Source: Alphaproteobacteria bacterium
Lineage (GTDB): Bacteria; Pseudomonadota; Alphaproteobacteria; MPNO01
DNA length: 64,000 nucleotides
Assembly: GCA_965202835.1 (NCBI GenBank)
Contig: CBDBCA010000006.1
Span: 806,035 to 870,034, forward strand
Direction of reading: 5' to 3'
The position numbers and the translations under genes were made by a program. Positions 52,451 through 59,800 of this stretch are shown one piece after another. The number at the start of each line of letters is the position of its first letter. Within the stretch, counting starts at the first letter, position 1. A model generated the notes under the pieces. It worked only from the letters and a program-made list of their open reading frames with translations, did no database searches and was not told where the DNA came from.

Positions 52451-54829
52451 TCAACCGACGATTGCCTGTCTGGCTCGGCCGACACTTTCGGACACCTTAT
52501 CCGCGCCCGTTCTCGCTCTATCAATGTCAGATAATGAACCGAGCTCTTGTTGTATCAACGCCAAGTGATAAACTAAACTCGTGCGTTCGGCTGTTGACAG
52601 TGCTATAAGTCTCGCGCGTACAAACGGCTCGATCTCCATTAACACTTGAATTGCATGGTCTCTCCTACTTTCTTCGCCAATCATTTGTCTAATTTCATCG
52701 ATTTTTCCAACAATCTGATCAAATCTTTGCACCGTTTCTCCGCTAACTTCCCGCTGTTCTATTAGCAACATGAGTCTCAATGCAAAGGTATCTATTTGAA
52801 AGGTAAGGAACCCGGGACTATCCTTCGCCCTTGCGTAGGCTGTTCGAATTAAGTCCTCGGCCATATATAGATCGTCTGCTGCCGTCATTAGTATGGAGTA
52901 CTGCAACCAAAAGAGTGGCTCTTTATTCACATCAATATCCCGCCTCAATTTTTCGTACAAACCAATCAGCAATTCAATTCTGCGAGGCTCTTTCACCAAT
53001 GCTCGATTTAAGATAGAGAACCTCATAAGACTGCTTAGTATTCCTTGATAGCGTTTTTGGTGCTTTCTCTTTACCGCCTCGACTATTATTGGGTACACCC
53101 CATCCAATATGTCAGCTGCTGCTATATGAGTTTGAATGATATATTCTGAAAAAATAGGAGACCTTACATGGACCTGATCGTCATCCAGTCGAAAAATTTC
53201 AGTAGCGATGGCTCGAAATCTCGCCATAGCGGCATACGCGTCACAATTGGTTACGCTGCGTAAGAAACCAGGATCTACCTCATGTCCGGCCCATCTCAAC
53301 AAATGGCTTGCTACAATTATCTTCCGAATTTCAGAATCATCCATCAAGGGTTTGAGTTCGTCTGATATTTTTTGTTTGATCTCTGAATGATCATATAGCG
53401 TAGTTACTACTTCACGAAAATCTTTACAGTTTCGAATGCCTTCTTCCAAATTCTCCGTCCGTATGCCCGATTGATCCAACAGCACACAAAATTCTTCCAA
53501 ATCGCTTCGACTTACTTTATTAAGGTTAAGACGCTGTATCGGAGCAGGAAAGCGATTTTGTATTTCATGCAATCTAACGTCCTGTATGCCAGTGCGCACA
53601 GCAACAATCACCTTTGCCATAGGAAGGCGTTCTTTCATCTCGTCGATAATATCTCTTGCGGAATCATAATCATCGAACATTAGTACGGCTTCTTTAATAT
53701 CACGCAACACTGCCACATCTTCTGGCAGTAGCGTTGTATTTGTTCTTGCTAAAAAACATTTGTACTCTTTTTGGGCAAGTCTGTGAGCGAGAATATAAAG
53801 GAAAATAGATTTTCCATTTCCCAAAAGTGAATGCAGAATTAACGTATGTGTGTTATCAAGCAACGCGGCAGCCTCCTCGGCCTGAGCTCGACGGGCCACG
53901 ATATACTCACTATTTGGTAGAGTCGATAGGCAGCGTCGAAAATTGAATGTTCCGTAAGTTACGAGATTCAAAATTTCCAATGCTGTGGGAGACGAAAGGG
54001 ATTTTTTGTCCATGAGTGGATCCAAATATCGAAATGATCGTAAGGTGTGAATGTTGCCTGTAGACGTTGGCTCCGAAAGGTTCCTGCAATGGTCAGAGAA
54101 ACCTTCTATTCCTACAGGCAGCACTTCACCATAAGGGGCGATTCGGCGAGAGAAAATAGCATCAACTGTGCCACTGGTAATAAAATATGTCTTTTCTGTT
54201 GTCTCTCGATGCTGCAATAAAATTGATGAAATATGGTAGTCCCTCAGGCTATATCCCACAAAGATACACATTTGACAGAATCGGAGATCGTGAATGAATT
54301 CGTCGTACCACAAGGATTTTTCAAAATGTTGCCGTACATACGAACTTTCCGTCAGCACTAGCTGTTCCAATATATTATCTTGATTAGCAAGACGAATCAT
54401 TCCATGTAAATGGACGATCGTCCCAGGGGCCATTCTGTTCGGCTTCGGGTCAGTGTAACTGAAACTGTTGATGTTTTGTTTCGAATTGTGATAATGTAAT
54501 TCCAACCCATCGTCGTAGTTGGTGGTGTAGATGCGACGCCAAGGTTTCTGTAGTACGTTGACTTGATGTTCGTGTAGTTCCCGTACCGTGAAAAGTTCGT
54601 ACAGCATTTGGTACAAATTCAATTTCTCACGAGAATTCACTTCTTCTGCCAGAGTTTGAAAGTCGTAGAGATTTTCGTCCACGCTCAATGCGTGAGCAAG
54701 TTCGCGTTTCAATTCTTCTCCCGTTGGGATTGCATTGCCGCGAATGTTGATAGCGTTACGTGAAAAGCCGGAACCAAGGAACAAAATAGACTCAGCTGTA
54801 CGAAGTTCCTTTAGTTGGTCAATGCTCAT
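52451..54829 (-). CDS. SIR2-domain plus P-loop (STAND-like) NTPase with a helical C-terminal region; candidate single-gene antiphage protein (SIR2-STAND / Avs5-like architecture)
   Basis: 792 aa from very AT-rich DNA. The SIR2_2-type motifs are 'LFLGSGFS', 'YTTNYDDGLE' and 'IVHLHGM'. Walker A is 'SLLGNGKS' (aa 334-341) and Walker B is 'VLMFDDYD' (aa 382-389). The C-terminal half is about 400 aa and helical. Confidence 0.7.
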   Translation of the reverse strand: MSIDQLKELRTAESILFLGSGFSRNAINIRGNAIPTGEELKRELAHALSVDENLYDFQTLAEEVNSREKLNLYQMLYELFTVRELHEHQVNVLQKPWRRIYTTNYDDGLELHYHNSKQNINSFSYTDPKPNRMAPGTIVHLHGMIRLANQDNILEQLVLTESSYVRQHFEKSLWYDEFIHDLRFCQMCIFVGYSLRDYHISSILLQHRETTEKTYFITSGTVDAIFSRRIAPYGEVLPVGIEGFSDHCRNLSEPTSTGNIHTLRSFRYLDPLMDKKSLSSPTALEILNLVTYGTFNFRRCLSTLPNSEYIVARRAQAEEAAALLDNTHTLILHSLLGNGKSIFLYILAHRLAQKEYKCFLARTNTTLLPEDVAVLRDIKEAVLMFDDYDSARDIIDEMKERLPMAKVIVAVRTGIQDVRLHEIQNRFPAPIQRLNLNKVSRSDLEEFCVLLDQSGIRTENLEEGIRNCKDFREVVTTLYDHSEIKQKISDELKPLMDDSEIRKIIVASHLLRWAGHEVDPGFLRSVTNCDAYAAMARFRAIATEIFRLDDDQVHVRSPIFSEYIIQTHIAAADILDGVYPIIVEAVKRKHQKRYQGILSSLMRFSILNRALVKEPRRIELLIGLYEKLRRDIDVNKEPLFWLQYSILMTAADDLYMAEDLIRTAYARAKDSPGFLTFQIDTFALRLMLLIEQREVSGETVQRFDQIVGKIDEIRQMIGEESRRDHAIQVLMEIEPFVRARLIALSTAERTSLVYHLALIQQELGSLSDIDRARTGADKVSESVGRARQAIVG

Positions 54830-55025
54830 CTTCTTTCTGTCCCATTTACGGCCAAGTAAACGTTAGCTGTTCGATACCAAAGGTAAAGAAAGCAGTAGAG
54901 TGGTTGCGACGCGGTAGGAATCTAGCACTGCGCGCTCCTTGGTGCAATCCAGTGTACCTCACATGATTACCAGCCCAAGGGCGGCTCAGGTGCATCACGG
55001 CTCGGGGCACGATCGTGCCGAACAT

Positions 55026-55396
55026 TGAGGTGGCCCCACCTTTTCGGACAACCTGACGGCCGAGTTAAGGTGTATTCCGGTTGAAGTTCAGGCCGCCAGA
55101 ATCCCCTTGAATCTCTCTTCCTGCTGCTGCTGTTGCGCCTGTGGGTATGTGGTCAAGGCGCGAAGCGGCTTGTCCATCATATCCACAGGCGTGTCGCCCC
55201 GATAGGCCTCGGCCGGCGTCCGCCCGCCGAGCGCCGGGTGAGGTCTCCGGGTGTTGTAAAAGCCGATCCACTCGCCGATGACGCGCCGGGCGGTGAAGCC
55301 GTCGGCGATGTCGTGCAGGTAGACCGCCTCGTATTTGAGCGAGCGCCACAGCCGCTCGATGAAGATGTTGTCCCTGCACCGGCCGCGGCCGTCCAT
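55026..55396 (-). mobile_element. 3' fragment of an IS3-family element (integrase-core C-terminus of the transposase plus terminal inverted repeat)
   Basis: The 102-aa ORF contains 'DNIFIERLWRSLKYEAVYL...FYNTRRPHPALGGRTPAEAY' (rve domain end). An IS3-like end, TGAGGTGGCCCCACCTTTTCGGACA, lies at 55026. Confidence 0.7.
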
Positions 55397-55406
55397 CGAG
55401 ATGTCA

Positions 55407-55453
55407 ATCGGCGTTCAAAGTTGACCCCTGATCGGCGTCGAAGATTGACCCCT
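55407..55453 (+). repeat. Two tandem 23-bp direct repeats (ATCGGCGTTCAAAGTTGACCCCT / ATCGGCGTCGAAGATTGACCCCT)
   Basis: Read directly from the sequence. They lie at the point where the IS3 fragment is cut off and upstream of the relaxase operon. Confidence 0.6.
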
Positions 55454-55471
55454 CTGTAGGTTGTCCCGGTA

Positions 55472-55551
55472 GTCAACAGGAGGGCCCCGCGCGGCTCCGC
55501 GTAGCGCCTCGCGATACGTGGAGCGGAGCCGGGTGGGAGGTGCCTGTTGAC
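55472..55551. repeat. Nested inverted repeats (GTCAACAGG...CCTGTTGAC enclosing CGGCTCCGC...GCGGAGCCG)
   Basis: Read directly from the sequence. The arms are at 55472-55480/55543-55551 and 55492-55500/55523-55531. Confidence 0.6.
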
Positions 55552-55757
55552 CCACCGGGGCAACCGGGCCGCGGGCACGGCGTCGCCGGGTCGAGCCCCG
55601 TCAATCTCCCCGCGCCACGGGGCGAGAATCCGCGCTTCGGCCGGAGTCGCCGATGGTATCCTGCCCCCGGATCGGCCGGCGCTGCGCGGGCGGGGGAGGC
55701 GCGCGGCGGCGGGTCTTTCGGACATCGGTCCGGCGGCCGGGGGAAGGGGAGCGCGCG

Positions 55758-56888
55758 ATGGCGTCTGGCAACAACGACGGGAAGGGTCGGCCTCCGGCGG
55801 GTGACGACGACCGGAGTCTCCTGTTCGGCGTGACGGACGACGGCGGAGATGCGGGGGCGGGCCCCGGCGTTCCGCCCGGGGCCGGCGAGACGCCCGCGGA
55901 GACCGCCGCGGCGCTGGAGGAGATCGCCGCCACCCTGGGACGGCAGGAAGCGCGGCTGTCGGCGCTGGAGGAGATGCTCGCGGCGGAGCGTGCGTCCGGA
56001 TCCCGACTTTCCGATGTCGCGACGCAGATCGTGGGGGCTGCGGCGAAGATCGCCCGGGCGGCGGAGGCGGTGGCGAGGATCGAGAAGACGACCGCCGACG
56101 CGGCCCGGTTCACCGGCGACACGAAGGAGGCGACGGGCGTTCTTCATTCGGAGGCCGGCAAGCAGATCGCGGGTCTGAAGGAGGGGCGGCGCGAGCTCGA
56201 CGCGGCGGTGGCGGAGCTGGCCAGCCGGGCGGAAGGGCTGAAGGCGCGGGAGGACAGGCTGGGCGCGGCCATCGGGGAGCTGCGCGCGGTGTCGAAGCAG
56301 GTGAGCGGCCTCGCGGACCGGGTCGCCGCGCGGCTGGAGACGCTTTCCAACAATTATTCGAGTTGGACGGAGTCGGCGGCGGCGCACGGGCGGGCGATCG
56401 CGGCGCTGTCGAAGGACCTCCGGGACGGCGGCGCCCGGATTCGGCGGAGCGTCGACGAGACCGCGGAGGCGCAGCGGGAGCTCTCCGCGAGGATTCTGGG
56501 CAACGTCGAGGACTACGCGCGCGAGAACGAGAGCTTCCTGAAGCGCTTCGCGGCGGGCGGCGAGAAGGTTCTCGGGGCCATCCGGCGCGAGCGGAAGGCG
56601 GTGCGGCGCTGGACGGTGCCGGCGCTGTCGGCGGCCCTGGTGGTCGCGGTTCCGTCGTTCGCGGCGGTGGGCGCGCTGGCGCAGAAGGAGTTCCGCTTCT
56701 TCGAGCCGTACGACGAGACGGGCGGCTGGAAGCAGCTGATGTGGGACCGCCATGGCGGGCGGGTCAAGGCGTGCCTGATCGAGTCCGAGCGCAGGGGGAA
56801 GGTTCTGCGTTGCGAGCTGCGGGTCGACGGCAGGGGATTATTCGGAACGCCGGCCGATGAGCTCCCGCCGATCCCCGGCGAAGGCTGA
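55758..56888 (+). CDS. coiled-coil protein with a C-terminal TM segment, upstream partner of the relaxase
   Basis: Start at the ATG at 55758 (MASGNNDGKG) with a purine-rich RBS. It has long Ala/Glu/Arg heptad-like regions and the TM segment 'WTVPALSAALVVAVPSFAAVGALA'. Its stop is 3 nt before the relaxase start. Confidence 0.6.
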   Translation: MASGNNDGKGRPPAGDDDRSLLFGVTDDGGDAGAGPGVPPGAGETPAETAAALEEIAATLGRQEARLSALEEMLAAERASGSRLSDVATQIVGAAAKIARAAEAVARIEKTTADAARFTGDTKEATGVLHSEAGKQIAGLKEGRRELDAAVAELASRAEGLKAREDRLGAAIGELRAVSKQVSGLADRVAARLETLSNNYSSWTESAAAHGRAIAALSKDLRDGGARIRRSVDETAEAQRELSARILGNVEDYARENESFLKRFAAGGEKVLGAIRRERKAVRRWTVPALSAALVVAVPSFAAVGALAQKEFRFFEPYDETGGWKQLMWDRHGGRVKACLIESERRGKVLRCELRVDGRGLFGTPADELPPIPGEG

Positions 56889-56891
56889 CCG

Positions 56892-59800
56892 TTGGTCGCG
56901 AGCCTGAGCGAGGTGGGCTCGACGGCGACCACGGTGGCCTATTTCGCGCGCGAGGGCTATTACGCGAAGGACGACCGGAGGCACTACCTGGCGAGCTTCT
57001 GGCACGGCGGCGCGGCAAGGGCGCTGGGCCTGCCGAAGCATGTTTCCTCCAGGGTGTTCGAGAAGATCCTCACGGGCTTCGTGCCGGGGACGGAGATCCG
57101 GCTGGGCCGCGCGCGGGACGGCGAGCACCAGCACCGTCCGGGGCTCGACCTCACCCTGTCGGCGCCGAAGTCGGTGTCGCTGGAGGCGCTGCTCCACGGC
57201 GACCGGCGAGTGGTGACCGCGCACGACCGGGCGGTGCGGGCGACGCTGGACTGGGTCGAGGCGGAGCTGTTGCAGACCCGCGGCTACGACCCGGCGACGG
57301 GTCGGCGCCCGCGGGTGGCGGCGGACGGTCTGGTGGCGGCGACGTTCCGCCACCTGACCAGCCGGGACCAGGACCCGCAGCTCCACACCCACTGCATCCT
57401 CGCCAACATGACGCGCAACCGGGCCGGCGAATGGCGCAGCATGGAGCCGACCGAGATCCGCCGGAGCGTGAAGCTGATCGGGGCCTATTACCGCCAGGAG
57501 CTGGCGAGCCGGCTGATCGGGATGGGGTTCCGGATCGAGGCCACGATGATCGGCGGCGTGCCGGGCTTCGAGATCGCGGGCTATCCGCGGGCGCTGCTGG
57601 AGGAGTTCTCGTCGCGCCGGCGCGAGATCCTGTCGTGGCTGGAGAAGCACGGCCTTCCGTTCTCCTCGGCGCTGACGCAGCAGGCGGCGCTGATCACCCG
57701 CGAGCGCAAGGTCGAGCGGGACCTCGACGAGCTGAAGGCGGAGTGGACGGCGCGGGCCGGGGCGCTCGGAGTTGCGCGGGACAGGAGCGTGGCCAGGCCA
57801 GGAAGGGGGCGGAGGAAGAAGGCCTCGAAGGAGACCGCCCGGAAGGCGGGCCGGCCCTATGTCCGGACGGCGGAACAACTCACCCCCGAGCCGCCCGGGC
57901 TGAGCGCGCGCGAGATCGTCTGGCGGGCGGTGGAGCACCTGGCGGAGCGCGCCTCGGTGTTCCGGGAGAGCGACATCAGGGCGATGGCGCTGAGCCACGC
58001 GCCGGGGCGGCACGGGCTGGCGGAGATCGACGCGAGCATCGCCGGGCTGACGGCGGACAGTCATCTCGTGGAAGCCAACCTTCGGGGCGGGCGCTCGTTC
58101 GTGACCGGCGACGCGCTGCGTTCGGAGCGCGAGATCCTGTCCCGCATGCGGGAGGGGCAAGGGCAGGCCCGGGCGCTGGCGCCGGAGGCCCGCGTCTCCG
58201 AGCGTCTGGAGGAGACGACGCTCACCGAGGGCCAGAAGGAGGCGGTGCGGACGATGCTGCTGTCCGGCGACCGGATCGTGGCGGTCCAGGGCGCGGCGGG
58301 GACCGGCAAGACAACGATGCTGCGCGAGGCGCTGGGTCTGATCGGCGACCGCCCGGCGATCCTGCTCGCCCCCTCGGCCGCGGCCGCGCGGGTGCTGGCC
58401 ACCGAGACCGGCGCCCGCGCGCGCACCCTGCAATGGTTCCTGACCCGCTACGGCGACATCGGCAGCGCCGAGAAGATGGACGCCGCCCGCCGCGAGCACC
58501 AGGGCTCGGTGCTGGTGCTAGACGAATCCTCGATGGTGTCGACGGCGCAGATGGAGCTGTTGATGCGGATTGCCGAGAGGCTCCGCATCGCGCGGCTGGT
58601 GCTGGTGGGGGACCGGGGCCAGCTGCGCGCGGTGACCGCGGGCGAGCCGTTCCGGGCTCTCCAGGACGCCGGGATCGAGACGGCGGAGATGGACGAGATC
58701 ATGCGCCAGGAGGATCCCGCCCTGAAGCAGGCCGTCGAGCGGCTCCAGGACGGCCGGCCGGCCGAGGCGCTGGGCGGGCTCGCCGACGTGTGCGAGGTGC
58801 CGCACGAGGCGCTTGCGGCGACGGCGGCGCGGCTCTGGCTGGAGCTCGATCCGGAGAAGCGCGCCGGAACGGCGATCCTGGCGCCCACCCACTTCATCCG
58901 GGCCGAAATCCACCGCATCGTGCGCGACGGGCTCGCGGATGAGGGCGTGCTGCACGGGCGCGAGATCGAGATCGACCGGTTCGTCAACCGGCATCTCACG
59001 GCGGCGCAGCGGGCGGACGTGCGCAACCACGAGCCGGGCGACTTCGTCATCTTCCACTCGCGCGTGCCGCCTCTCAGGGTCCAGGAGGGGGATGCCTGCC
59101 GGATCGAACGCACGGAAGGCGAGTTCGTGTTCCTCGATCACCCCACCGGGCGGACGATCCGCATCCGGCCGGGCGACAGCTGGGTGCGCTACCGCTTCGC
59201 GGTCCATGAGACGGCGCGCATCCGGCTCCGGGCGGGCGACCGGATCCGCTGGACGGCGAACGACAAGCGGTACGGGCTGGTCAACGGCGGCGAGGCGGTG
59301 GTGGAGAAGATCGGCACGCGCCGGGTGCGGTTCGCGCTGGCCGAGGGACGGACGCTGACGCTATCCCGCGACGACCCCCGGCTGCGCCATCTCGACCATG
59401 CCTGGAGCTCGACGGTGCACGCCGCCCAGGGGATGACGCGGGACGCGGCGATCGGGGTGCTCGATACCGGGCACGGCCGTCTGTCCGGTCAGGCGGCGCT
59501 CTACGTGGAGGCGAGCCGGGCGCGGGAGCGGTTCGTGCTGGTCACCGACAACCGCGACACCCTGGCGGAGGCGCTGGAGGAGAACGACGGCGCCGGCATG
59601 ACGGCGCGCGAGGCGGTCGGTGAGGGGGTCGAACCGCCCCCCGCCAGCCCCGGACACCGATCCGGGGGGACGGTTGCCGGCATGCTGCGCGAGCTGCGCG
59701 ACGACTGGCGCGCGCTCACCGCCCGGGCGGAGGCGGAGAATGCCGAGCTCAACCGCATGGAGGGCTACGCGCGGATCGTGACCGGGGCGGCGGCGGCGGA

